The position numbers were made by a program, and so were the translations under genes. Of a DNA stretch of 64,000 nucleotides, positions 36,661-46,469 are shown piece by piece; the stretch's first letter is position 1; each line of letters starts with the position of its first letter. The DNA lies in contig DATGLT010000242.1 in the NCBI GenBank assembly GCA_035294005.1, positions 2,159 to 66,158 of the forward strand, read 5' to 3'. Under the pieces are notes generated by a model. The model did not search any database. It was not told the origin of the DNA and worked only from the letters and a program-made list of their open reading frames with translations. Source of the DNA: Verrucomicrobiia bacterium. GTDB lineage: Bacteria > Verrucomicrobiota > Verrucomicrobiia > Limisphaerales > UBA8199.

Positions 36661-38799
36661 ATGAGTTGGAAGCTTGTTCAAGTAGTGGTGTTGCTCCTGA
36701 TCCCCGCGGTGTTTAGCGGGTTCGCCCAGGGAACCCAAGGAAGCAGCACCTTGCAGCAGTTTGAGGCCAAAGCCGCAAAGTACAACAGCATAATCCGCCT
36801 GCCACAGTTTGAAACCACGACCAATGAATTAAAAGCGTCGTTGCAGCAAACGATTCAAGCAGGAGACGCCGCACTCGATGCTGTGGCGAAACTGGATCCT
36901 CACGACCTCAATTTCAAAAACACGGTCATCGCATTGGACAACATCGCCTATGAGATTGGCCTGACCGCCAACCGCCTGTCGGTTATCAAGGAGACCAGCC
37001 CCGATGAAGGGTTGCGCGAGGCCGCCACCCAGGCGGTCAAGGACCTGGAACAATGGATCGTGGGATTGGACTATCGCGAGGACGTGTACAAGGTCCTCAA
37101 GACCTACGCCGACCGCAAACCTCGCCTCAAAGGCGAAGACGCCAAGCTCTTGTTCGAGACCGTGCGCGACTACCGCCGCGCCGGACTGGAACTGCCCAAA
37201 GCCGAGCGCGATGAAGTCGAGCGCATGCGCAAACAACTTTCCGACCTGGCCATCGACTTTGAATCGAACGTCACCCGGGCGGAAAAACCCGTGAAATTCA
37301 CACGCGCCGAACTCGAAGGCGTTCCCGAAGGGTTGCTGGAGCAAATCAAAACGGGTAATGACGAATATACCGTCATGGCCAATATCACCGTGCAGTACCT
37401 CAACGTGGAGGAAAACGCGAAACGCGAGGAAACCCGCAAGCGCCTGCTCATTGAACATGACAATTTGGCGCGCGAGAAAAACATCCCGTTGCTGGAAAAA
37501 ATCCTGCCACTGCGCGACGACATTGCCAAAAAACTCGGATATAAGAGCTGGGCCGACTTCCAGACCGAAGTCAAAATGGTCAAGAACGCCGCCACAGCGA
37601 TTGACTTCCTGGAAAAGCTCGACACCGGCTTGCAGCCCAAGTTCGACTCGGAGCTGGCGGCTTACCGCGAAATCAAGGTCCGTGAGACAGGCGATCCCAA
37701 CGCCAAAATCAATATCTGGGACTGGCGGTATTTCAGTAACCAGCTTAAAAAGGAAAAATACACGGTGGATGCCGAGCAGTTGCGCGTTTATTTCCCGTAC
37801 CAGCGCGTGCTCGAGGGGATGTTCAACATCTACCAGAGGATTTTCGGGCTCAAATTCGAGAGAATTGATCCTCCATACAAGTGGGTAAGCGACCTGCAAC
37901 TCTACGCTGTCAGCGACAGCAAGACCGGTGAACCCATGGGACTGTTCTACCTCGATATGTTTCCCCGCGAGGGCAAGTTCAACCATTTTGCCCAGTTCGG
38001 CTTGATCGAAGGAAAACTCCTGGACAACGGAAAATACCAACGGCCGGTTTGCGCTCTGATTTGTAATTTCCCATCGCCGTCCAAGGACAAACCATCGTTG
38101 CTGAACCACAGCGACGTCGAGACGCTGTTTCACGAATTTGGCCATGCCATGCATACAATTCTGACCCGGGCTAAATATGGAAGGTTTTCCGGGACCAGCG
38201 TGCCTCGCGATTTCGTCGAAGCCCCCTCCCAAATGTTAGAGAACTGGGTTTGGGACAAGCGAGTGCTGGACAGTTTTGCCGCCGATTATCGTGACCCAAG
38301 CAAAAAAATCCCGGCTGAGATCCTGGCTAAGCTCAAGGAATCTCGCCTCGCGACGGAAGGCACTCGCTACCGCCGCCAATTGTCGTTTGGGCTGACCGAT
38401 CTGAAGCTTCACACTGAAATTCATGACAACAACGCGGCCGACACTCTCCCTCTGTCCAACAAAGTCCTGAGCGAAGTTTTTCTGCCGCTTGCGCCCGATA
38501 CCGCGTTCGTGGCGTATTTCGGGCACCTCATGGGCTACGATGCCGGCTATTATGGCTATGCCTGGGCCGATGCCATCTCCGCCGACATGGCCACCGTTTT
38601 TGAAAAGGCGCCCAACGGGTACTTTGACGAATCCGCAGGTCGGCGCTTGCGAACCGAGGTTTACGAAAAAGGCGATTCCCGAGATGTGAACGTGTCGATC
38701 GAAAAGTTCCTCGGCCGCAAACGCTCTCTTGAGCCGTTCCTTAAAAAGATAGGCATCGAGAAAGAGCCACCTGGGGCCAAGGTGGCGGACAAAGGTTGA
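36661..38799 (+). CDS. M3-family zinc metallopeptidase (oligopeptidase / peptidyl-dipeptidase-like) with signal peptide
   Basis: 712 aa. Contains the zinc motif HEFGHAMH and downstream FVEAPSQMLENW typical of M3. Signal peptide MSWKLVQVVVLLLIPAVFSGFAQG. Confidence 0.85.
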   Translation: MSWKLVQVVVLLLIPAVFSGFAQGTQGSSTLQQFEAKAAKYNSIIRLPQFETTTNELKASLQQTIQAGDAALDAVAKLDPHDLNFKNTVIALDNIAYEIGLTANRLSVIKETSPDEGLREAATQAVKDLEQWIVGLDYREDVYKVLKTYADRKPRLKGEDAKLLFETVRDYRRAGLELPKAERDEVERMRKQLSDLAIDFESNVTRAEKPVKFTRAELEGVPEGLLEQIKTGNDEYTVMANITVQYLNVEENAKREETRKRLLIEHDNLAREKNIPLLEKILPLRDDIAKKLGYKSWADFQTEVKMVKNAATAIDFLEKLDTGLQPKFDSELAAYREIKVRETGDPNAKINIWDWRYFSNQLKKEKYTVDAEQLRVYFPYQRVLEGMFNIYQRIFGLKFERIDPPYKWVSDLQLYAVSDSKTGEPMGLFYLDMFPREGKFNHFAQFGLIEGKLLDNGKYQRPVCALICNFPSPSKDKPSLLNHSDVETLFHEFGHAMHTILTRAKYGRFSGTSVPRDFVEAPSQMLENWVWDKRVLDSFAADYRDPSKKIPAEILAKLKESRLATEGTRYRRQLSFGLTDLKLHTEIHDNNAADTLPLSNKVLSEVFLPLAPDTAFVAYFGHLMGYDAGYYGYAWADAISADMATVFEKAPNGYFDESAGRRLRTEVYEKGDSRDVNVSIEKFLGRKRSLEPFLKKIGIEKEPPGAKVADKG

Positions 38800-39477
38800 G
38801 CGCGCCTGGCGGAGATTTCCGCGAGCACTATTGTAAGGTCCGCCGCCTGCAATGTGCCAAACCGGGCATCGGAGCACCCTATCGTTTTGGGGCGTTTCAG
38901 TTCCGAAAGCTCCTAAAGTTTGCGGCGTTTATGCCGACAATGGAGCGGAACTGTTTCTTTCCTGAGAGTTAGAAGCACCCGGCGACTCGGCAACGGGTCG
39001 TCTTTTCATGTACACCGGCCGTTTGACTGGAGGATACCCGAAAGCAACCATCGTGCCCGCCGTAATAGAATCAATACTGTTCGCCAAAAAGGGGTGTTCA
39101 GAGAGGCCGTTGCTGTAGCGATCCAGCCCATTTGGCCTGTCAATTTCCAGGTATGGGACGGTGTGACCCAAAATGAGTCAGCGCTGCCGGCAAAATGGCT
39201 CAAACCAAGCGGTGTACGATTGGCATACAGTAAGCTCTTAAATGAGACGTTGTTTAGGTTTGAAAAACTTAGCGTACAAAAGGCGGTTGCCGGTCTCCCA
39301 ATGGCCCTTGCGAAAACGGGTTTGGAGCCTCGGCGCCTCAAATCCCACCCAACCGACTCATTGCTTTATGAACCGGATGCTTTCGTTGACTGACCCTGGC
39401 GAGCCAGGGCGAATGCATTGGTTTGCGATTACCTTGCGACGCGCGGATGCAGTATCAAACAAACAAACAAATCGAAC

Positions 39478-40128
39478 ATGAAGAAGTATATCAGAACTAT
39501 CGCGTTAGCCGCGTTAGTAGCGTCGACAGCGATGTCGAGCAGGGCCGATCAGACTAACCTGGTACAGAGCCTGGGCATCCGGCTGAGGGGAATCTCTCAG
39601 GGGGACACCAAAACAAATAAAAACGTTGTAACAACCGGCCTTAATATGGTGCGGGTTGGGGACGCCGAAGTCATCGCGGCCCTCGCGGGCGCAATGGGCA
39701 AAACATTCACGAGCCAGGCGCAGCTGTTCATGATCAGCCCTCTTCCAAGCGGCACGCCATCAATCGTAATACGGGACGGAACCAGTTCGGTAGACGTCAG
39801 CGCATTCTTTATATACGAAGTGAAAAGCGCCGTGGTCACGAGTTCCGACTCAAACTTGCGGACAGGCCGTATGAATACCGCCAACTACAGCGTTCAACAC
39901 CTGGCCCTGATCGATGCGGATGGCGCGACGTTAAACCTGCATTTTGACGTCCAGGGAATCACGGTTGAGACCTTTTCATCCGGACCCAACTCCAACCCGC
40001 AGGCGCAACTGAATTCGAATGTGTCCGGTTCAGGCGACGACGCCGGGAAGACGGTATTATTCGAAGGCTCTTTCAGTCTCCGGGGCTACACGCTGGAGGT
40101 TGTAAACAACAACCCTCCTAACGCGTAG
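39478..40128 (+). CDS. hypothetical secreted protein (216 aa)
   Basis: ATG 39478 gives MKKYIRTIALAALVASTAMSSRADQ (signal peptide). The composition is beta-rich and S/T/N/V-rich. No family recognised. Confidence 0.6.
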   Translation: MKKYIRTIALAALVASTAMSSRADQTNLVQSLGIRLRGISQGDTKTNKNVVTTGLNMVRVGDAEVIAALAGAMGKTFTSQAQLFMISPLPSGTPSIVIRDGTSSVDVSAFFIYEVKSAVVTSSDSNLRTGRMNTANYSVQHLALIDADGATLNLHFDVQGITVETFSSGPNSNPQAQLNSNVSGSGDDAGKTVLFEGSFSLRGYTLEVVNNNPPNA

Positions 40129-40138
40129 TTCAGGCCGC

Positions 40139-40199
40139 GGCTGTTCTGCACTGGAGCGCCCCCACGCCCGCCAAACTCCTCTGCAGAACAGCCTGTTTG
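40139..40199 (+). terminator. strong hairpin, likely intrinsic terminator of the 39478..40128 gene
   Basis: GGCTGTTCTGCA (40139..40150) pairs perfectly with TGCAGAACAGCC (40182..40193). Four further inner pairs (GGAG/CTCC) follow a 2-nt mismatch, and TGTTTG follows the stem. It lies between convergent genes. Confidence 0.6.
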
Positions 40200-40207
40200 C
40201 GCTCTCC

Positions 40208-40993
40208 TTACGAGCGGCTGAAAAGAAAGTCACTAGCGCCTACCCTCTTGGAGTTCCACTCAGGCCCGAGTTCGTTTTGAATCCTCGAGAGTGCCTCCGG
40301 GGTGTGCGCCTCCAGAATAAGAAATCGCGCACGGTTTATAGTATTCTTGCCTCCCGCAAGGACTTCGCATTCACATCCCTCAACATCCACTTTCATCAAA
40401 AAAACAGGCACCGAAGGGATTGCTGAATCGAGCGTTACTAGCGGAATAGTCAGCTTGATTGACTTGGGCCCCTCGGGTTTGAGCGAGGCGGTAGGATCGC
40501 CCTCTTCGGATGCGAAAAAATTCGCGGTGCCTTCGTGATCCGACACGCCTTGTTGCCGCAAGGTAAGCCGGGCGCCGGTTGCCGCTTGCCATTTCGCAAT
40601 CTTCCGCGCCATTGCGGGTTGAGGCTCAAAGGCAATAAATTCAGCGTCTGGTCTCCTGGTCCATAGAAGATGCGTGAATAAGCCCGCATTTGCTCCAACG
40701 TCCAGGATCAGGGGCTTTGTTTCAGCAGCCAGAGCATCGACCCAATCTCGGGCCCAGCATTCTCTTTCGATGAATAGGCTCCAATAAGAGATTAGCTGAT
40801 GACCGGATTCCAAAAGAAAGCCGTCGGGAGTACGAACCGGGCGCAGCAGCTTGCGATTGAAAAAAAACGCGCTTCGGATCCAAAGCAGTTGAAGAGCCCA
40901 AACCGGTGACCGGAAAAGCAGGCGCAACCACCCCCCCAAAGCCGGCAGGGCGTGCTCAAGCGCGTAGGCCCATTTATGAACGTGCCTGCCCAT
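40208..40993 (-). CDS. FkbM-family methyltransferase (261 aa)
   Basis: SAM-binding segment ILDVGANAGLFTHLL and C-terminal LMKVDVEGCECEVLAG, typical of the FkbM family. Confidence 0.75.
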   Translation of the reverse strand: MGRHVHKWAYALEHALPALGGWLRLLFRSPVWALQLLWIRSAFFFNRKLLRPVRTPDGFLLESGHQLISYWSLFIERECWARDWVDALAAETKPLILDVGANAGLFTHLLWTRRPDAEFIAFEPQPAMARKIAKWQAATGARLTLRQQGVSDHEGTANFFASEEGDPTASLKPEGPKSIKLTIPLVTLDSAIPSVPVFLMKVDVEGCECEVLAGGKNTINRARFLILEAHTPEALSRIQNELGPEWNSKRVGASDFLFSRS

Positions 40994-41105
40994 GGCCTCG
41001 GGGATGGGAAAATGGAGAACCGCAAATCTGTAGCAACGAGATCCTTAGGACAGAATCGGGCCAGCTAAGACACTCAGCAACTTTAGTCCGCTTCTTCATT
41101 AAGAA

Positions 41106-41137
41106 TTGACTTTCATCACAACCTAAGTTAACTTAGG
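41106..41137 (+). promoter_or_regulatory. candidate promoter with a 16-bp perfect palindrome over the -10 region
   Basis: TTGACT (41106..41111), then a 17-nt spacer, then TAACTT. The palindrome CCTAAGTTAACTTAGG (41122..41137) overlaps it. It ends 21 nt upstream of the pseudopilin-like gene's ATG at 41159. Confidence 0.35.
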
Positions 41138-41158
41138 AGATAGCAAGGTTTTTGTTTC

Positions 41159-41872
41159 ATGCCATTGGAACTACAACGACCGAACAGACCGGCGTTTACT
41201 CTCATCGAACTACTGGTCGTCATTGCGGTGATTGCAATTCTTGCGGCCTTGATTCTTCCAGCATTGTCTCGGGCAAAATCTCAGGCTGCCCGGACGACGT
41301 GCATGAGCAATCAGCATCAAATTGGTTTAAGTTACCATCTGTATTCAAGCGACAACTTCGAGTTCTATCCAGCGCAACTGGATTGGCAAGCGGCAGGAGG
41401 GAACGACGGCTTTTACGATATATTCGTCGCGTCGACGAACCGTCCCCTAAATGCCTACTTGCGCACGCTGGCGGTGTTCCATTGTCCGAGTGATAAGGGC
41501 GATGAATTGACCGGCGCGACAAACTGTTACGCGCAGTATGGAAATAGTTATCTGCCGCAATGGTACATGGATTCATTTCGAACTCGTCACGTCGTGGGAG
41601 ATTGCAGTTCCCCGCCGGGCAGCTATGAAGCGACCCCTATCAAGGCGAGCGAAATAGCACTTAGCCCGGTAAACAAGATCATTCAGGGTGATTGGATCTG
41701 GCATCCGAACCGAGGCACAATAGACCCGCGCAGCATCTGGCATAATTATAAAGGAAGCAGTCGTATGAACATGCTCTGGGGTGATGGGCATATCGAGTTC
41801 TATCGATTTCCAGCGGATATGATTGGCTGGGGCTTTGGCCCTCCGCCTGATCCGGCTTTCACCTGGTGGTAA
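41159..41872 (+). CDS. prepilin-type N-terminal cleavage/methylation domain protein (pseudopilin-like, H-X9-DG-family-like)
   Basis: N-terminus [27 protein letters not shown]. The C-terminal [11 protein letters not shown] resembles the conserved DGH motif of the PVC-type family. Confidence 0.8.
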   Translation: MPLELQRPNRPAFTLIELLVVIAVIAILAALILPALSRAKSQAARTTCMSNQHQIGLSYHLYSSDNFEFYPAQLDWQAAGGNDGFYDIFVASTNRPLNAYLRTLAVFHCPSDKGDELTGATNCYAQYGNSYLPQWYMDSFRTRHVVGDCSSPPGSYEATPIKASEIALSPVNKIIQGDWIWHPNRGTIDPRSIWHNYKGSSRMNMLWGDGHIEFYRFPADMIGWGFGPPPDPAFTWW

Positions 41873-41890
41873 ACCAATCAAATCGCAGAG

Positions 41891-42613
41891 TCACACCGCA
41901 AAACCCGCCGCCTGGGCGTCCTGGGCAAACATCTTGACTGTATCAAGGGACAGCGCGCCGAGGTCCATTCCTGCCAACTTCAGAGCCTTTCCTAGGATGT
42001 CGTGGGGCACCGTCACGATATGGCAGCCGCATTCGTCCGCCTGGAAGATGTTCAGGACCTCACGCACACTCGCCCATAACAATTCGGCTTTGGGTTGCGC
42101 GTCGAGCAAGGCGAGGCACTTTCGCATCACGTGCGCCGGATCCCTTCCTGTGTCGGCAATGCGGCCTGCAAATACTGAAACTACCGAGGGCACCGCCGGA
42201 TTCAAAGCTTCAGCAGTGGCACGCACTTGCTCCAAGGTGAGTATGGCGGTGATATTCAACTGAACCCCTTCACCGGCCAACTGACGGACGAGCGGCAGCG
42301 AAGACTCACCGCGCGTATTGGTGATGGGGATCTTCACATAAACATTTTTTTGCCAGGAGGCAATTTTAAGCGCCTGTCGACGCATTTCAGGGAAATCGTC
42401 TGAAAAAACTTCAAAGGAAATAGGCTTCGACGTAACCGTAAGAAGGATGTCCCGCGCGAAAGCCTCGTAGTTCTGGATTCCGGCTTTGCGCATGAGGGTC
42501 GGATTCGTGGTCATGCCCTTGATGAGCGGGTTGGAGTTGAGGCTGAGCATGCCTGCCTTGTCAGCCCCGTCGGCGAAAATCTTGACCCTGAGGTCTTGAA
42601 GCGATTTATCCAT
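41891..42613 (-). CDS. transaldolase-family protein (240 aa)
   Basis: VKIFADGADKAGM...GMTTNPTLM and a central KIPIT lysine context are typical of short transaldolase/FSA-like enzymes. Confidence 0.75.
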   Translation of the reverse strand: MDKSLQDLRVKIFADGADKAGMLSLNSNPLIKGMTTNPTLMRKAGIQNYEAFARDILLTVTSKPISFEVFSDDFPEMRRQALKIASWQKNVYVKIPITNTRGESSLPLVRQLAGEGVQLNITAILTLEQVRATAEALNPAVPSVVSVFAGRIADTGRDPAHVMRKCLALLDAQPKAELLWASVREVLNIFQADECGCHIVTVPHDILGKALKLAGMDLGALSLDTVKMFAQDAQAAGFAV

Positions 42614-42627
42614 ATTAAGACAAAATG

Positions 42628-43206
42628 CTAAGGACGAATCACGCCGGAATCAATCTTTAGAATCAGTCCCGCGGCTTCCAGCAGATTTGCGACCCGTCCA
42701 TCCGGTTGCTGGCGAAGTTCCTCGGAGTACCCGCGGTCGATAAAAACTGTGCGACAGCCCGCCGCGTGTCCGCAATCGATATCCCGCCACCGATCCCCGA
42801 CCATCCAGCTCCGTTTGAGGTCGATTTCGAGTTGACGAGCTGCGTGGAGCAGCATCCCGGGTCGCGGCTTTCGACAATCACAATTTGATGCGCCCTTCCC
42901 GGGGTGATAACAGACCTCCACCGCATCCACAGGGAGCCGCAGGCACATGACGCGGTGGAGGTCTTCAACACATTCCCTGGACAACGTCCCGCGCCCCACG
43001 TCCGGCTGATTGGTTGCCACCACCAGCAGATATCCGGCGGCCTTCAACCTGGCGCAAGCCTCAGGCACTTCGGGCAAAATCTCGAAATCCTCAGCGCTGC
43101 GAGGGGGATAAGGTTTGGAATCACGCACCAAAGCCCGATTTATGACCCCGTCGCGGTCAAGAAACACGGCGCGTTTCGACCCGGGGCTTAGCGCGTGCTC
43201 TCCCAC
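42628..43206 (-). CDS. gmhB: D-glycero-D-manno-heptose 1,7-bisphosphate phosphatase (HAD-IIIA)
   Basis: Contains AVFLDRDGVIN, VVATNQPDVGRG, the Cys-rich zinc-loop region (C..H....C.CRKP) and MVGDRWRDIDCG. Confidence 0.8.
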   Translation of the reverse strand: MGEHALSPGSKRAVFLDRDGVINRALVRDSKPYPPRSAEDFEILPEVPEACARLKAAGYLLVVATNQPDVGRGTLSRECVEDLHRVMCLRLPVDAVEVCYHPGKGASNCDCRKPRPGMLLHAARQLEIDLKRSWMVGDRWRDIDCGHAAGCRTVFIDRGYSEELRQQPDGRVANLLEAAGLILKIDSGVIRP

Positions 43207-43784
43207 TTGGTTTTGCCGACTTTCAGTTTAGGGTGAGAAACAAACAGATGCCAAACCACCGCCTGGAACGCTTCAGAATGAGGCGTGACATGATCCGGGT
43301 TGACGGTGGGCACGGTAACGCAGGCCGTGGCGGACTTGGCAGTATACCCGCCGTCCCTGCCAACCACTCCGACAATCGCCGCACCAATCTGCTGCGCCAA
43401 CTGGATTGCGCTGACCAGGTTCGGACTGACGTTCTTTTCGAGATTCCCGCCGCCGACTGAAAAGATCAACAGGCCATCGCGCTGGTTCAGGCGGCTCCCT
43501 TTCAGCCATTCGCTGAAGATGGTTGCCCAGCCCTCGTCATTAGTGCGAGCCGTGAGTTCTGACACGTTGTCAGTTGGCGCGTAACACTCAAAACCGCAAA
43601 TCTTCCGAAAATCGTTTACGGCGTGAGAAGCGTTCGCGGCACTGCCGCCAACACCCAGGATGAACAAGCGACCTCCCCGTTCGCGCACCCGAGCCAACTC
43701 GTCCACCGCCCGTTCGATGGCTTCGGGATCCAACCGTTGGGTGACTTTTTGGACTTCATCGAGAAATTGCGCCGCAAAGTTCAT
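43188..43784 (-). CDS. gmhA: SIS-domain phosphoheptose isomerase
   Basis: Contains GGRLFILGVGGSAANASHAVNDF and LLIFSVGGGN, typical of GmhA. Its end overlaps the called gmhB start by 19 nt. Confidence 0.8.
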   Translation of the reverse strand: MNFAAQFLDEVQKVTQRLDPEAIERAVDELARVRERGGRLFILGVGGSAANASHAVNDFRKICGFECYAPTDNVSELTARTNDEGWATIFSEWLKGSRLNQRDGLLIFSVGGGNLEKNVSPNLVSAIQLAQQIGAAIVGVVGRDGGYTAKSATACVTVPTVNPDHVTPHSEAFQAVVWHLFVSHPKLKVGKTKWESTR

Positions 43785-43949
43785 GCGCTGTCCAAATTAA
43801 AACAAAGACCAGAGGTGCGAAAGCCATAAAAGCAGGGGCAGTTCCAGTAAACGTGAATTGGGCGGCGCGTGAGCTTGATTGCAATTTAAGCATCGATTAG
43901 CTTGCAGCGCCGTTGGCCGGTCTGATGGCTGGTTTAATTTGGCACGCAT

Positions 43950-45197
43950 ATGTCCGAACCCTACATTCAAAGCCTCTTTGCCGAACGCATTGGCGGCCGC
44001 CAGTACGGAAAATCGACTGCAATTTATAAATTCGAGAAGATTAAACGCGCCAAGCGAGCCGCAATGGCTGCCCACCCCGGCGCTGAGATTATCGACATGG
44101 GAGTCGGCGAACCGGATGAAATGGCACTCCCGGAGGTGGTCGATAAGCTTTGCGAAGAAGCGCGCAAGCCTGAGAACCGCGGGTACGCGGATAATGGCGA
44201 CATTGTGCTGAAACAGGCGGCGGCGCGTTACCTGGATCAGGTTTGTGGAGTTTCCGGCATCAACCCGGAGACCGAAGTCATTCATTCCATCGGAAGCAAA
44301 GCCGCACTCTCAATTTTACCCGCGGCTCTCATCAATCCCGGGGACATAGCGCTCATGACGACCCCGGGCTACCCGGTATTTGGTACCCATGCCCGATACT
44401 ACGGTGGTCAAGTGCACAACTTGCCATTAACCGAAGCCAACCAGTTCCTTCCAGATCTCGACTCAATTCCCAACGAGGTCCTGGCAAAAGCAAAAGCGCT
44501 GGTGCTCAATTATCCCAATAATCCGACCGGCGCGAGCGCAACGCCCGAGTTTCTCGAGCGTGTCGTCGATTTCGCACGGCGAAATAGCCTGGTCGTAATT
44601 CACGATGCCGCATACGCGGCGCTGGTTTTCGAAGGCAAACCTCTAAGTTTCCTCGCAACACCCGGTGCAAAAGAAGTCGGCATCGAACTGCATTCATCGA
44701 GCAAGACGTTTAACATGACCGGTTGGCGCTGCGGATTCGTCGCCGGCAACGAGTTATTGGTCAAGGCATACGGCGACGTCAAAGACAATAGCGATTCGGG
44801 CCAATTCCTTGCCGTTCAACACGCCGCTGCTCACGGGTTTGAACATCCTGAGATCACCGAAAAGATCGCAGCCAAGTATTCACGCAGGATGTCTGGACTG
44901 GTTGAGGTCCTGGTCCGGGCGGGATTCCAAGCCCGAAAACCCAAAGGATCTTTCTTTCTATATGTTAAAGCCCCGCGCGCAGCCGTCCAACCAGGAGGAA
45001 AACGGATCGAGTTCCGCTCGGCGGAGGACACCTCGCAATGGCTGATAACTGAGAAGCTGATTTCCTCGGTGCCGTGGGATGATGCCGGCGCATACCTGCG
45101 ATTCAGTGTTACCTTTGTTGCGAAGAACGAAGCCGATGAGAGTCGGATTTTACAGGAAATCCAGCACCGGCTTGGAGATGTGCGTTTTGAGTTTTGA
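43950..45197 (+). CDS. class I/II PLP-dependent aminotransferase (possible LL-diaminopimelate aminotransferase type)
   Basis: Contains IDMGVGEPD, NYPNNPTG and the PLP-lysine context SSSKTFNMTGWRCGF. The substrate assignment is inference only. Confidence 0.75.
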   Translation: MSEPYIQSLFAERIGGRQYGKSTAIYKFEKIKRAKRAAMAAHPGAEIIDMGVGEPDEMALPEVVDKLCEEARKPENRGYADNGDIVLKQAAARYLDQVCGVSGINPETEVIHSIGSKAALSILPAALINPGDIALMTTPGYPVFGTHARYYGGQVHNLPLTEANQFLPDLDSIPNEVLAKAKALVLNYPNNPTGASATPEFLERVVDFARRNSLVVIHDAAYAALVFEGKPLSFLATPGAKEVGIELHSSSKTFNMTGWRCGFVAGNELLVKAYGDVKDNSDSGQFLAVQHAAAHGFEHPEITEKIAAKYSRRMSGLVEVLVRAGFQARKPKGSFFLYVKAPRAAVQPGGKRIEFRSAEDTSQWLITEKLISSVPWDDAGAYLRFSVTFVAKNEADESRILQEIQHRLGDVRFEF

Positions 45198-46445
45198 GTG
45201 ACCTGGTTTGGAATATTCACCGCAGCACTGGTCGGACTGAAGTGTCTGAGTCAGCTTTGCCTCGAATGGTTGAATGTCCGGCATCTTAAAGAACATGCCC
45301 GAACCGTTCCCGAATGGATCCGGGGATTTGTCGATGAAAATACCTACGCAAAGAGTGTTGATTACACCCTTGCCAAAGGCAGACTGCACCAGGTCGAACT
45401 GGTATATGACGCGGTGATCCTGCTTGGAGTTCTGTTCAGCGGCTTGCTTCCCTGGGCGCTCGATAAAATCACACATCGGTTTGGAACATCGCAGTGGGCG
45501 ATGGGCGGTTTTTTATTCTCCGTCGGCATTTTGCTGGCAATCCCGGAGTTGCCATTTGCCTGGTACGCGCAGTTCAAGCTCGAAGAGCGGTTTGGGTTCA
45601 ACACGAACACTCAAAGGGTATGGTGGGCTGACCGGGTCAAAGGCCTGCTTTTAGCGTTGCTACTCGTCTACCCATTGCTCGTTTTGATTCTGGTTCTAAC
45701 TCGCTGGACCGGCCAGTTCTGGTGGATTTGGGCATGGGCCGCGCTTATGGCCTTTCAACTCCTGATGGCGGTTCTGGCCCCGGTGCTCATCCTTCCGTTA
45801 TTCAACAAACTGACTCCGCTGCCGGAAGGCAGCTTGCGCGATCGGCTCTTGGCGTTGGCAAAACGGACATCTTTCCGGGCCGGCAGCATTCAGGTCATGG
45901 ACGGCAGCAAACGCTCGCGACATTCCAATGCCTTCTTCACCGGATTTGGGCGGTTCCGCAAAATTGTGCTTTTCGACACACTCATCACACAGTTGACAGA
46001 GCCGCAGCTTGAGGCGGTGCTTGCACATGAAATCGGACATTATAAGAAAGCCCACATTCCGAAGACGCTCGTAGCAGCGGCACTCGGCTCGTTTGCCGGT
46101 TTCTATGCCCTCTCCTGGCTTGCCAGCAGGACGTGGTTTTACACGGCATTCGGCTTCCCGCCCGGCAATTTCACCTCTGCCCTGCTCATCTTCGGGCTGC
46201 TGTCGGGAGCCGCGACTTTCTGGTTCTCTCCTGTGGCGCACTGGTGGTCGCGCCGGCACGAGTATGAGGCGGACGCATTCGCAGCCACAGTTATGAAAGA
46301 ACCGGCTCCGCTAATTCAGGCCCTGCGCAGGCTGAACGAAAAGAATCTAAGCAACCTGACGCCGCATCCGGTTTACAGCGCTTTTTATTACTCGCACCCA
46401 ACGCTCATCGAGCGTGAGCGCGCGCTTGCACTTTGCCTTGATTAA
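45198..46445 (+). CDS. M48-family (Ste24/HtpX-like) integral-membrane zinc metalloprotease
   Basis: Multi-TM protein with HEIGHYKKAH (HExxH) and downstream EYEADAFA. GTG start immediately after the upstream stop. Confidence 0.8.
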   Translation: MTWFGIFTAALVGLKCLSQLCLEWLNVRHLKEHARTVPEWIRGFVDENTYAKSVDYTLAKGRLHQVELVYDAVILLGVLFSGLLPWALDKITHRFGTSQWAMGGFLFSVGILLAIPELPFAWYAQFKLEERFGFNTNTQRVWWADRVKGLLLALLLVYPLLVLILVLTRWTGQFWWIWAWAALMAFQLLMAVLAPVLILPLFNKLTPLPEGSLRDRLLALAKRTSFRAGSIQVMDGSKRSRHSNAFFTGFGRFRKIVLFDTLITQLTEPQLEAVLAHEIGHYKKAHIPKTLVAAALGSFAGFYALSWLASRTWFYTAFGFPPGNFTSALLIFGLLSGAATFWFSPVAHWWSRRHEYEADAFAATVMKEPAPLIQALRRLNEKNLSNLTPHPVYSAFYYSHPTLIERERALALCLD

Positions 46446-46469
46446 CCAGCTGAGGCTTAGGCGGTCGGA

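Noticed and set aside
36829-38232. 467-aa ORF antisense to the M3 peptidase gene
   Set aside because: Its codons are exactly in register with the sense codons (38230-36661 = 1569, divisible by 3). Its stops would therefore correspond to sense TTA, CTA or TCA codons, which this GC-rich coding style avoids. The translation is a V/F/G/L/Q-rich mirror of an E/K/L-rich protein with no motifs. It is a shadow ORF.
38920-39393. 157-aa plus-strand ORF and overlapping minus-strand ORFs (38929..39171, 39006..39341) in the long gap
   Set aside because: They are mutually overlapping, with Arg-rich, unstructured-looking translations and no recognisable domain, signal or convincing RBS. They are not called as genes. 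The gap itself is reported as a finding.
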